A DNA stretch of 64,000 nt from Podarcis melisellensis. Lineage: Eukaryota. The DNA lies in assembly GCA_964234715.1 (NCBI GenBank), contig OZ174279.1, one strand, 5' to 3'. Of the stretch, positions 49,691 through 62,700 are shown one piece after another (within the stretch, counting starts at the first letter, position 1; every line of letters starts with the position of its first letter). The notes under the pieces are model-generated. The model ran no database searches and had not been told where the DNA came from. It worked only from the letters and a program-made list of their open reading frames with translations. The position numbers were made by a program, and so were the translations under genes.

Positions 49691-51850
49691 ATTTAGACTG
49701 GTAAACTTCAATTCCTCATACCCAGTTGCCTGGAAGCTTCTCTGTAAAGTCTTTGGTATGTGAACAGTCACAGAAGTGCTGATTAGTTTCATAATCAAAG
49801 GACCAATCATACCTATATTGAGTCAGGATGGTGGAAGTAAGTGGAACAAATCTGGCAAAATTTCAGGATAGAAACTTGTGCAAAACCAGCTAGGGGTTGG
49901 GCAGAGTAGTTGTGGATTTAGGAAATTATGAGCTGTGGAAATACCCTGACTCATTTTTGGGTGAGGGAAAGCCAAAAGCTTATAGTTTATCACATATTAC
50001 TTTTTGAGCATTAATGATAGACTGCAGACCAGGGGCAGGCAATGTGTGGCCCTCTGGATGTTGTTGGATGGCAGCCCCTATCAGCCCCAGCCAACATGAC
50101 CGATGGTGAGGATGATGGGAGCTGGAATATAACAACATCTGGAGGTGCACAGGTTTCCTACATCTGATATAGACAAAGCCTTCAAAACAATGTGATGAGC
50201 AGGAAGTCCAGAGGCTATTAGAATTTCTGTGTAATCCTTCAAATTATCATAATTGGAGTCAATGCTGAGTTCCTGATAAAGGTGAGTAGAAATTAGGTGC
50301 CAAGTCAGTTTTGTCCTTTGAAAAGATGGCATAGATTTGTTCTTAAGATTCAGGGATATACATGCTTTATGTAAAAGACCTGCGTTAGTACATTGGAATA
50401 AAAGCTTTCCTCAATAGGTTCATATACACAACCATGTAATGAAAGAGAGGGTACTCTTTGGTCATGGCAATTGCTCATTGTTGTGTCTTGGTCCTCTGAC
50501 ACCACTGTCCTTGTCTTTTTCTTGTCTCTGCTTTCCATTTTGCTATTGGCAAGGAGTTGAGGAATTAGTCCATTACTTCTATGATAAAGCGTGGTACAGT
50601 ACAACTTCAGATTTCTTCCTCCTTCCACTTCTTCACTATTGTGTATGCTGCCTGCATGGTGCATGCATGTCAAAGTTGTGCATGCAGAGTTGTCTTGTTT
50701 TCTCCATACCTCATAACATTAATAGGAAAAGGCTGTTTGGTAGTTCTTAATGAAATCAAAGTAAATGTTTCATCTCACCTGTGTTATAAGCAAGAGAATC
50801 ACATTTTCATGCCTGTATTTTTCTACACCTTACTGAGTGGCATTAAGTTGTATGCAAAATTGCAAAACATTTGAAGTAATTTCTAGTTTACTGTGTGTGT
50901 CTTATGTGGCAATTCTCTTCATTGATTTTCTGCTATTGAGCACCCTGCGACAACTCATGTAGAACCAGCCTTCACAGGATGCTGCTATATTGTGGCAGGG
51001 TATGTGTGGATCCTTTATACTAGAACATCTAGAGAAATCTGGAAATGGATAATTTCTAGAACCTATCTTTATTGTAAAAATACATGTTGACAATATCCAA
51101 AGGCACAATTGGTGTTTAATACTTTGTCATAATTTTCTTCCTTGGTTAGACAGCATTGGAAGTATTCTACAGCACAATAAACATATAGTGCTTTTCTTAG
51201 TGCACACAGCATTGCATATGAGTTTTCATTAATCCTTATAACATCCTTGTAAGAGGCTGTTATTACGTCCATATTACAAAGTGAGATGGGGATATGGTTG
51301 GAAGAGTGATTACTTAATGCTTCCCAATGAGTTCATGGTAGAAATGAAATTTAAATTGGGACCTGACTCACAACTACTCGGTCAGGCAACATTAGTTTCA
51401 CATTAATGGAAAGCTCCACAAAACAGTTTAAACAAGTAGCTATCATATACATTTCAGTTAGGTCTGTACCAGGTGTTTGCTGGTGAACAACTTAAGGGTG
51501 AAAGTAGAGCTTTAGAGGGGAACCTGGCAATGGAGATACGTCTTCTGTTTCTCTGACATTTGCTCCATAAAACAAATTGACGTGTTTGACCCCTTCCCCT
51601 GCAGCAATTTTTTTACATGAGTGCTACAAAGCAGGCTGCTTTTTGTAGTGGGTGAAGTGTTTGTGAAAGTCCCTCTCCAATTTCATCTCAGCCATGCAGT
51701 TTCAATATACTTCAGACTATACATGTATAGCCAGCCAGTCAACTTATTTAACCAGCTAGCTTATTGAAATACTTCTGTAACTGAAAGTAAATGAAAACTC
51801 AGGCTTAAATTAAACTAGACCTAAATTAAAACAAACTAGTAGTACTAGTA

Positions 51851-52205
51851 GGTGGCGCTGTGGGTTAAAGCCTCAGCGCCTAGGACTTGCTGATCGAAAG
51901 GTCAGCGGTTCGAATCCCTGCTGTGGGGTGCGCTCCCGCTGCTCGGTCCCAGCGCCTGCCAACCTAGCAGTTCGAAAGCACCTCCGGGTGCAAGTAGATA
52001 AATAGGGACCGCTTACCAGCGGGAAGGTAAACGGCGTTTCCGTGTGCAGCTCTGGCTCACCAGAGCAGCGATGTCACACTGGCCATGTGACCCGGAAGTG
52101 TCTCCGGACAGCGCTGGCCCCTGGCCTCTTGAGTGAGATGGGCGCACAACCCCAGAGTCTGTCAAGACTGGCCCGTACGGGCAGGGGTACCTTTACCTTT
52201 ACCTT
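51851..52205 (+). mobile_element. Sauria SINE, near full length
   Basis: A box GGTGGCGCTGTGG, B box GGTTCGAATCC, (ACCTTT)3 tail, TSD core TAGTAGTAC; many CpGs retained. Confidence 0.92.
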
Positions 52206-55162
52206 TAGTAGTACATAGGAATTCCATACACTGGAAAGCACATATTAATGCCTATGCAGATTTCTACAGTTGATAGCATTTGTTTCAATAAATGGCCTAT
52301 TCATTGTGATTATAGAAAAGACTGTAATTTTGAATATGTAAACATATTTCTCTTGCTTAGACAGAAGGTACATCTTTAAACTAAGCTTATTAAAAGTGGC
52401 CAAAACATTCAATAATAACTTAGCAAATTTCCTTCTGGATTCAGTATAAATGTCAGTAATAAGAGTACATAAAAACAAATGTTTTTGATCACCTGAGCTC
52501 AACAAATCGAAAACAAAGAATTTTCTGATTCCATTCCTCATATCAAGTAGACACGATTTGGCATATCAGTAGCCATATTCAGATTATCATATCCTGGATG
52601 ATTGAGCCAAGATATGAACAATACTTGTACCCACATAGGCAGCTCCTTCATTCCTCTTTATGATGACATGTTCTCCATTGGCCCTTCCATTAGGATAGGC
52701 CATGAAGGAGGCTTGCCCAGAGGGGAAATAATCTGGGGGCAGAAACTGAAGACCCTTAATGCTAATTAAAGACTTCCTGGCTTTACTGCATAGATGGGTA
52801 AAAGGCTTATGATATCTCTGCTTATTGTTAATGTAAGATTATCCATAGTGGCCAATATGAGAAATGTTTTATGCAGGGCAAACCATGTTAATACTTGAAA
52901 AGAATGTGGACCGTTTTTTAAATGAAGATTAGGAGCAAACTCTTTCCATCTTTTAGAAAAATGTTTTCTTAATTTAGCTATGATAAGGTGTGTGTATTTT
53001 TTTTTTTTGCCTGACATTGATTTTTTAGATATTGTGGAATGATCCTAAATTTGGCATTGAAATCCAGTTTCTGGATTTGATTCTGCTTTGCTAATAAGGT
53101 ATTAATCTATTTTAAGAGGCTTTTAATACTACATAAGGATTCAGAACCTTTTAGCTATAAATTTCAATTCTGTCCTAAATCAAACTTCTGGCATAGAAGT
53201 CTTTGAAATCTATTTTGTGGAATTTCTAGCTGTTCCGTCTGCATTGTTCCTCTAATCTTGGCTCCATATGACAAATTGGGAAAAGATTTCTGTGTGCCCT
53301 ACCTGCAGGGGGAATTAAATTTGGCCAGATGGCAGGTTTAGCAACCTTTTACTATGAGAGTGACCCCAATTGTTAAAGCAAACTGATTCAAAGAACTGTG
53401 AGCATAAGGAGAAATGCATCAATGCAGTGTAGTGCCACAGTGTAGTGGGGATTGGGTTATTGCAGTCTTCTCCAGTGTGGTGCCTTTCAGATGTAGTTAG
53501 ATTCTCAGCCTGCATTATCCCTTATTTTTGGCTATGTTGGATGGAATTGGTGGAAATTGAGGCCTAACATCATAAGTTGGGGAATGCTGGATTACAGTAT
53601 TAGAAACAAGAAATAAGGTAAATATAGGATGCAGCCTATTAATTTGAGTAGGCCATAGAAAGGCTTGATACTTTGCTTGTGCAAATGAGGGGAGTCCTTA
53701 GGGTCTGGAGTGTTCTTCTGTTAAGCCACAGGGCACAGCCCGCTACATTAATGCATTAGTGCAAAGATGCACTGCTACAACTACTAGCTAGTGATTTTTA
53801 AAAATGCATAATTGGATGGTAACCTTTGGTAATGGTAGAAATGGAGAAAGGATCTGCACGGTAAAGCTCTGAATTATCCCTTTTTGTCTTCATCATCCAC
53901 TGCCATGCTTCTCCACTTTGACAGTCTGGAGATGTCATGGCAGATACAAGCCAGGACAACCTTTCTGGCTCTTCTGCATGTCCTTTTCTGTTAACCATTT
54001 CTTTTCTCCCTTTCCATCTCCTAAAATAGTAAACTGTGGAATGTTAAGTCCTCCTACACACAGTGTTGCATGTACCTCCGTGTAACTTTGGAGTCTCCAG
54101 CAGCAGTTAAGTGACATGCGCACATGGAAGTTGGGGTTCTGTCAAGATTGCTTAGACACATATTCACACTTAGGTTGTCAACATTGTTGTGGAAAACACC
54201 TAGTTTACATACTGTATTTGTTGTGTGTACCTGCCCTGAGACTAGGAAATTAATGCATCATATTTAATGTTCAAATCTTGCAAATTGCTTTCTTAGCAAT
54301 TCCTTATGTTGACAGCAACTCTAGGTGCTGGAGGAAATGTAGAAGAGCAAAGGTGGGCATACAACTTAGAAATATAAAGAAGTAGAACGTCAAAAAGATT
54401 ATAGGTAGGCACTGGACAAATGAGAGAAAATGAAAGAATTTCAGGCAAGGGGTAGGATTTACAGGTGGATTTTCTTCACATTATGGTACCTGGCACTTGT
54501 ATGCCTTCTTCTAGTAGTAATATATTTTCATTTCCTTGAGTTGCCAGTATTTTTACTGGGGCATATGGTCAGAAATGATGGACTGCTGGGAAATACAAGA
54601 AGTGAATAAATATAAAGACGTGAGTAAATATTACAACATAAAATGTTTAAGGTCTTTGGAATAGTTGTTCCTGCATTTCTTGGTACATATAGAAAATAAT
54701 AGAGCAGTCAAGTGCATATCTTCTCAGAAGTAGGTTTTATAGTAAAGTGGTATTTACTGTCAGATAGATGTGCCAAGGATTGCAACCTTAGAATATTAAA
54801 ACACTTTGTGTCAATAGAATTCTTTCATTTTGTAAAGGAGACTTTGCAATGGCTGTCTGTAGTTAGATTTCTACAATACAAGAGCAGTCCTAGAGTGCAG
54901 TTAAGAAAGGAGAAGGGGTTTCCATGACTATAGGAGGTGTGTGTGTATGGAAACACACACACACACACGGTAACAAATGTTATAGCTCACCCAGTCATGA
55001 ATCTCCAGGACTGGGCAGTTTGAAGACCACTTAAAGCATCTCTGGCCCAGGGAGATGCACTTAACCACATGCATAATATGTGGATGTTTTCATTTGAGGC
55101 AACCTGCACCTTCCAGGCAAGTCCCCAAGCTGCTTTTTAAACTCCCCTAAGCAATAAAAGAG

Positions 55163-55515
55163 GGACGCGGGTGACGCTGTGGGTGCCTAGGACTTGCCGA
55201 TCGTATGGTCGGCGGTTCGAATCCCCGCGGCGGGTGAGCTCCCGTCATTCGGTCCCAGCTCCTGCCCACCTAGCAGTTCGAAAGCAGCCCCGGGTGAAAG
55301 TAGATAAATAGGGACTGCTTTATAGCGGGAAGGTAAACAGCGTTTCCGTGTGCTGCGCTGGTGCTGGCTCGCCAGCTGCAGCTTCGTCACGCTGGCCACG
55401 TGACCGGAAGTGTCTTTGGACGGCACCGGCTCACGGCCTCTAGAGCGAGATGAGCACGCAACCCTAGAGTCGGACACGACTGGCCTGTACGGGCAGGGGT
55501 ACCTTTTTACCTTTT
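55163..55515 (+). mobile_element. Sauria SINE, full length, young
   Basis: GGGACGCGGGTGACGCTGTGG head, B box GGTTCGAATCC, ACCTTTTT tail; perfect 15-bp TSD TAAGCAATAAAAGAG (55148-62, 55516-30). Confidence 0.93.
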
Positions 55516-58008
55516 TAAGCAATAAAAGAGTATAGTTGGGGAGCTACTGATAAGGAAACTTCTGCTTCACTCTGCACCATAAATACTGGCTTGTTGAGAA
55601 AAAGTTATTTTTACTTTTGTTTCAGTCAAAATAAGATGGTAAAGCTTGTAAAAAATTATTGAGGTTTGGATGGTTGTGATGATGTACTGCAGTGTAGAAG
55701 TGTGCGCACACTCTTTTTCACTCACACATGGTGCCCTCCTAAATCCCTGATGATGATCATCATCCAGAGGGACTTAGGAAGGAAGCAGAATGTTCTAAAA
55801 GTGCTTCTGCAACCTGATCAATGGATGATTGCTGACTTGAAAAAAGTACAGCATTTGTACATTGCATTCTGATTACCTGCTTGAGTTTTGCTTTCCTCCC
55901 TCTTTCTGTAGTGTATTCTGTAGTGTAATCCTCCTAGCTTGATTCTGGTATAAGCTGTTATCCATGCATATATCTTGCAGTCACACCCTTTCCCCTTGTT
56001 ACTAATTATATTACTTTATTTTGGGTCACTTTGTAACTGCTTTTAAAACTAGCTTTTCTGGGAAGCTGCGTAGTCTTCTTTCTCCCTCCCACTCTCACAA
56101 AACATTGTAGTCTTCCCTTCAGCCCTGCACAAAGTGACTATACTCACGCAACAGTGGTATGTCGTCTAACATCACATCTACAAAGCTAGGATTGCTATAC
56201 AGAAATTCACTGAGAACAAAAATAGGCTAGCAACCCAGTCCTAACATATACAGAGCTGTATCTGCCCACAGTGTTGACACAATGATCATTGTAATGCCAT
56301 TTTTACATTTGCAGTTTAACGTGTCGCATTGGCTCAGTTTGCAGTTGACACTAAGCTAAAACACAGCTTAGCATGAATGAGTAAGGCCTTGGATAGGAGA
56401 TCAGATTCACTTTACTCCCCCAGTTCTACTGCTCTCCTGTGAAATAAGCCACAGTGGGGACATCTCTGCCCCACAGGCCTAATCAGACCCACTGAGCTTC
56501 CACATTTGGCCCACTAGGCCGTTTTGGTTAAGCCATGCTCACATGTCCTACCCCTCACATGTCCATAAAAAAGCTCAGAGCAGCACAGCAGGACAGGGGG
56601 AGCAGCAAAGCAGCAGAAATATCTTTTCCAGGAACTTCCACATTTGCAATAAGCCAATGGCTTACAGTTGTGTGTGGTCCTGGTCTTTGATACATTCCAA
56701 CTTAGGTATTTATGTAGAAAACTTGGGACTGGATAGTCACTATGTTCCCCTAATTTGCAGCTTGTTGATCTTGTGGGGGGCAAGGGTACTCCAAAGTATA
56801 GTCTCCAGGTCTTTCACTTTCTAAAGTTATGGGAGAGGGAGGAGCACATTGATATTTCTTACAGAACTAAATGTAAGCCTTTGTGTAGGGTAGGGTTTTT
56901 TTAAGTGCCCAAAATTCCATTGGTAAAATGAGATGAACCTATACATAACATGCAGTGAACATAATAGGCTGCTTTATCTTACCCATTTCTGTCTGCTCTG
57001 ACAGGTGGTAGTTTTTTGAGGTCTCAGGCAAAGATCTTCTCCAACCTTGCTACCTGTGTTCATTTAAATTGAGGCAGTATGAATGTGGCTATTGTACACA
57101 AAGCTCATGCTCTTTCACTTAGATATAAGTTCTTTGTTGTATATTTACATCCTTTTCTCAGGTGTGGCAATTGCAATATAATGTTCCTAAACTCAGGGTT
57201 CATTCTGTATAATTGTTTTATGCAGTGACTTCATTAAAAATCTCTCTCTTTAATCTCTAGCTTTATAATCAAACCTTCAATTCATCTGTTTTCTGTTTCT
57301 TGAAAAAAGTATTTTCAATCCATTGCAAAGTGTTATTTAAAAAAGGGGGGCAGCAAATTCCTTATGTCAACGGCGGGTATGCAGCTCTTACCCTAGTTGC
57401 AAAAGCATTCTGCAAGCTCTCAGTTCAGACCTTTGACAACAACAATCAGACCATCTGCGGGCAGCCCATTGAGCTGTCAGGGAGCCGGGAGAGAAGCTTG
57501 GCCTTACCTACAGTTGACTTGTGGCCCCTTTAGGTTACCTCAAGGTAAAGCAGCCCTCAACAGAATAAAAGGTTTCCCCTCCCCACCTTACATAATAAAA
57601 CCTTAAGAATTTTATTCATAGCTGTAGCGTATGAGCACTTAATAGGAAATTATAGATGTAACTTCTCATTTACATGTGTGTGCCATTAAATTTGCTTACC
57701 ATTTCTTGGGCATTAACGTTCTTTTTGCTACAATAGTATGTGTGTGTGGGTTTTTATTGTTTGATCTAGCTATTTTTCCTGCTACAATTGAGTTAGTAAA
57801 TTTTCCTCTGTGTTGCACAATTTATTTGAGATTGCTGGATTTTATTCTTTTGTTGTTTCAGATGTCTGGAATGTGCTTCACCTGTTTTTCAAATGTAAAC
57901 TTTTGAGGGAAAAGCTGGATTTCAAATTACCCTAACAGATCAGTGTGTCTTTCATTTATATTAGCTGATTTTTACCTAATTGTTGGCATGTAACTCTCTC
58001 TCCTGTAG

Positions 58009-58103
58009 CCTCAAGTACTACAGCCTTCCAGCCACCTTCCCAGTTTCACAGACCTCGTCCAGGGAAAATTAATAAAAACGTCACTCATCGGGGCCCACAA
58101 TGA
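58009..58103 (+). CDS. CCSER2: CCSER2 terminal exon, short frame (exon 10 included; full protein 831 aa)
   Basis: (T)SSTTAFQPPSQFHRPRPGKINKNVTHRGPQ-TGA, matching the recalled human C-terminus TSSTTAFQQPSQTHRSHPGKTNKATTYRGPQ. Confidence 0.9.
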
Positions 58104-58818
58104 ACCAACAGAAGACCAAAAGAAAAGTGCTGGCCATGAATCTCAAAATGCTGCAGATGGCTCCTTCACCAATAGCCTAAATGAACTGAGCACTTTAAAT
58201 ACACAGTTAAATGTAAGAAAGTCAGAGGAGAATGCACATTCCACCAAGAATGTAAAAGTTAGAGAGAAACCTAAAGAACTGTCTGGTAGAAAAATTAATA
58301 CGCTACATTCGCATCCCTCTTCTCACTCATCTTCCCAAGTAAATACTCAAGAAGTGCAGACCAAATTAGTTCTAAAAAACAATTGCTCACGGACAAACCA
58401 GGCTTCAGCGCCAAAGAGTCCAAGAGCCACCAAGACTCCGAAGCAGAATGCTTTAGTGCCTCCTCCAGTAACGGTTGCAGCAGCATCTGCAGATGGCTCT
58501 TCTGCTTCAAAGGAGCCTGAACAGCTGCCGCCAAGCCACCCAACACAACTGCAGCTGGCATCAAGTCAGTCTGACCTGAGTCATAAGAGCCAGAAAATCT
58601 CAAAGCTTCGTCCTCCAACGATTTCCTTTAGGCCCAAGCAAATGACAAATCCAAAAATCATGATGCCTCCTGAATCTCAGAATACCTGGTCAAAGACAAA
58701 CCACTCAAGGCAACTAATACAAGCAAAAGAAAATATGCAGAATCAAGATTCAAACATTCATTCTGGTGACTGTGTGGCTCCTAATCGGCATTCCCGCCTC
58801 CCTAAACCAAAGACATAA
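58009..58818 (+). CDS. CCSER2: CCSER2 terminal exon, long frame (exon 10 skipped; 269 aa; full protein 1041 aa)
   Basis: TCCTGTAG acceptor at 58007-08. Open frame PQVLQPSSHLPSFTDLVQGKLIK...SKLRPP...HSRLPKPKT-TAA, continuous with track ORF 58354..58818. Confidence 0.9.
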   Translation, partial: PQVLQPSSHLPSFTDLVQGKLIKTSLIGAHNEPTEDQKKSAGHESQNAADGSFTNSLNELSTLNTQLNVRKSEENAHSTKNVKVREKPKELSGRKINTLHSHPSSHSSSQVNTQEVQTKLVLKNNCSRTNQASAPKSPRATKTPKQNALVPPPVTVAAASADGSSASKEPEQLPPSHPTQLQLASSQSDLSHKSQKISKLRPPTISFRPKQMTNPKIMMPPESQNTWSKTNHSRQLIQAKENMQNQDSNIHSGDCVAPNRHSRLPKPKT

Positions 58819-59710
58819 TAGAAATCATGACTTGCATATGAACATCTCAATGTCCTGTATTGTAAAGCTGCTTACTCTCACCCTTTCTTGTCTCAGTCAA
58901 GAATCTTCATCAAAAGCATGCATGCACTGAATGCTTCAGTTCTTTTGGTACTTAACTATTATAGTCTAATCTCCCTTGATTTTGTGCCATTTAGAAGTCT
59001 GTGCTATCCATTGATTGCATTGCCCATTTGTCCCCTTTTAAGATTGTTTGGCTTAATACTAAAGTTTGAAATGGCTACTTGGTTGCTAAGAGTAATGCAC
59101 CATTTGTTTGAGGAGGACAGGTTGCTTGCTGGAAATCCAACCCTTAGTAGTTTGGACCACTGAATGTTAGGTGGTTATAGATACACGTTTGGCTCTGACA
59201 TCAACTATAAATGATAAATTAGTTTTTTATCTTCAATATCAGCCATAATTCTGACTCTGTATCTCAGAGACCTATGCAAAATGCTCCTATTTATTACAAC
59301 ACTGAACCCAAGACTGTCTAAATGATGTATATTTGGTGTTGAATTGGGGTTTTTATGCCAGGAGGATCCCAAATTGCTGTAGTTACTTTTTGAATTTATA
59401 TTTCACTGTTCACAAGCGGCAAACAAAATTTCACAGGGTGAAATGGATATTAGTTAAATTTTAAACATTAATCCACCCAAAACCTTTTCATGCAGATAGT
59501 TGTAAAATGGTTATGTTCTGTGACCCTGGGAATAATGACTCCGTGACACCTGTGTTGTGGATTTTCGCAACATAACTTTCATGTTAAGATTTAACTTAAT
59601 TGTAACATTATTTATTAATTTATGTTGCTGTTGCAAGTCTTATGAACCCAACTTGAAATGTTTGCACAAACCTTTGCCATAAATGTAGGGATTTGAAAAT
59701 TATTTTTCAT

Positions 59711-59716
59711 AATAAA
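59711..59716 (+). terminator. Candidate proximal polyadenylation signal AATAAA
   Basis: AATAAA with upstream TGTA (59685) and U-rich sequence, followed by GCTTGTTTTTT. Confidence 0.5.
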
Positions 59717-62700
59717 AGCTTGTTTTTTAAAGAAATATTTTTAAAATACACAGACACACTTTGGGAAGTCTTGTGGAGTCATAAGAACAGAACTGGTACT
59801 CTTTCAGAGATTAGTAATATTGCATTTGTGGCTAGTTCCTAGGTATTGAATGAGGGATGGAAAATGACTGGTAAAGGAGAAAAAACTCTTACTCTGTATG
59901 AAGATGGTTGTAGTTTAAATATTTATGGCACAATGAAGTGTAAAGATATACCTGTAACTTGCATTAGCAAATATGCAATAAAATGCTCTTATGAGAAACA
60001 CTGCACACACCCCAAAACCAAATATGTAGTAGGTTATCTAAGTCTTACTCGAATGCCAACCAGAGAACAACGGTTAGAAGGTAGCCTTTTCAAATGCTGC
60101 GCTTTGTACTGTTAAATGAAGCAGGTGTGAGTACATTACAGTAGTAGGTTTGAATCCTTTGTTGAATGCTATCTCAAACATTGATACTTCATAAATGAAA
60201 CCAGAGCATTTGCAGCTTGGGCTTCCTTTAATCCAAGAATATATGCTTCCCTCCAAAGGGATGTTGAAGACGTTTCCATAAATCAAACATGGTTCATTAG
60301 TCATAAGACTGACCAAGAATATCCTCTTAGGTTAACTATATCTATGCACCTTAAACCTGTAAGAGCATATGTTTGTGATTGCTGTCCTCAACTAGGGAAT
60401 ACTCTCATCCGCCCAAGAATTGTCAACAGCAGGAAACATTTTCAAGATGCAAAGCTGGTCGATGGGAACTGAGGATTGTGAATTTTGCCTCCCAGCACCT
60501 TACATTTCTGTGATAACTGATGGGGAAGCTCTATCATTGTAGGCTCCCAATGCAATTCAGAACCCTCTAAAATGCTTGAAGGCGGCACATGGGTCTACAT
60601 GATTCCCAAGAAGTTATCCTTCAATATGTGAAGGGTCAGAATGAGGCCGACAGCCCCTGTATAACCCTTTTGCATGAGTAATGCATTAAAAGGGCTAAAG
60701 TACAACTAACTTCCTAAAGCAACACAACTTTTTTAAACATCAGTTGCCTTTTTGTGACCAGGGATAGGGTAATATGAGGTCCTACAATTTAAATTGTACA
60801 GTGGTTTTCTCAAACCTTGAAATGGATTATAACTCAAATTCTCACATTATTCTGTTTAATTAAGGCAGACTAAACGCTTCCTTTTATATTCCATCTGTCC
60901 AAATAGTTTGATTAAATGGTTACTTGCTAGATGTGATGCTCACAGTAGATATTTTAGCATTTACAGTGGCACAGCAGTTTGTGTTACAAAAGTGTTCCTT
61001 TCTGGTTGGAGTCAAGGTGCAATTACAGCATACTCTTTGAAAAACAAATATAGCATGATCCCATATTGACATATACAGCTGGTACTCAGTGTTTTTCCAA
61101 TATTCAAACATTACTGGAGCAGAGGTTATTGAAACATCTTCTTGCCCCTTTAGATAAATTCAGACATCTTGTTGAAGAAAAGAGACCAGCTGTCATTGGT
61201 AAATGAAGTTTTAGGAATAATTTAATTATATCTTATCATTCTACATCTACCCTTATTAAGTCAGTTTCAGTCCAGCTACAAAAAAATAATTTGCCAACCC
61301 ACCAACATGTATAATGAGCAGTCTGACAATTTGCTCTTCTGGAAAGGAATTGTCACTTGCCCAGGGCAACTACTCTAAAAGCTGTTTTCCGTTATTAAAG
61401 ACCTTTGCACCACATTTTAAAGCTTGGACTTTTACAGATTTCCTTGGATATAAATTAGAAACAATTAAATTATTTATTTTTTAAAATTAATATTACTAAA
61501 ATAACTGTATTCCTCAGAGCACTTAATGAAAAGTTAGCGCTGGAGATGGTCTTGGTTCTATTTCTTAAATTACTAAAATATAGTACCTAATGAAAATAAA
61601 GTATTTTCCAAATATAATTTTAAGATTGCATGCCCCATTTTTTAAAAAAATGTCTGGCAATTTAGAAACAATGCAGAGGATAGCGGATTGATTACATGCA
61701 AGGTTTAGATGGATAATCTAACTTGATTGTGCTGCCAGCACATGCAAACTTTGGGGTGGGCTGAGTTTGCCACTGTCCCTAGAAAAATGAGTTTCCACCC
61801 AGCCAAAGGCAATTATCTGACAGAGGAAGCTTAGCTAGGGGCTTTCACCATCATGCATTTGTCAGTCTCTAAACTGGATATGTAATCTTTCCCCAAGTAT
61901 GACTATAACAAAGAAAGTTACAAAGTATGTTGAGAAAGTTCAGAGTGTGAGACAAAGCTCTTTTAGGTGATGAGAGGGAAAACTGAAGGCTCATGGTGGT
62001 TTGGAGAAAGTTCTGTTTGGAGTGCCAGGCCTGTAGTGGGACTCTAATGGTTATATATTTCAAGAAATATTAATACTTACTTAAAGGGAAGAAATGCCAT
62101 TAGCACCAATAGAGATGATTATTCTAAATGCAGATATTTAAAAATTTGGATTTTGTTTAGGTTTTTAAACGTGTGCATTCTACCTTTCTGGATCCTCTTA
62201 CGTTATGCAATAATTCCTAAAGTGTTAAACAGCTCCTCAAAACGTATATATATTGAAGATATCTATCTTTTAACAATAGCTGTAAAAGCGAAACAAAACT
62301 AATTTTGCACTTTATAAACTATGAGCTCCGTTGCTTGGAGTTGTGCCTAAATTTAATCTAAATGCCTGTGGTTGAGTTAGTGAAATAGTTTTTCATTATG
62401 CATTGGAATTAGAGTTTGGGCTTTTAAAACAATGGCAGCTTTCCATGGATGATGCAGCTTACAAATGCCGCCAGCCTCTTCCATTCCCTGCCACCTGTTC
62501 ATTATTATCTCCAAATGTTCACTGTATCATTGTGCATTACTGCAAGGTATTGTCCCCCAAACACTTGTCTCACTAAGCATCCACTTATTTAATACCTAGC
62601 ATTTGCATACTATCGCTAAAAAATTGGGAGCAATTTCTTTTGAAGGAGAGGCCCCTGGAGACACCAAAACAGAGGCTTAAATACTCCACTTTGTTCTTCA

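Noticed and set aside
55163-55260. tRNA gene calls at the GGTTCGAATCC boxes (also 51908 and 23151)
   Set aside because: These are tRNA-derived Sauria SINE heads continuous with SINE body, tail and TSDs; no full cloverleaf.
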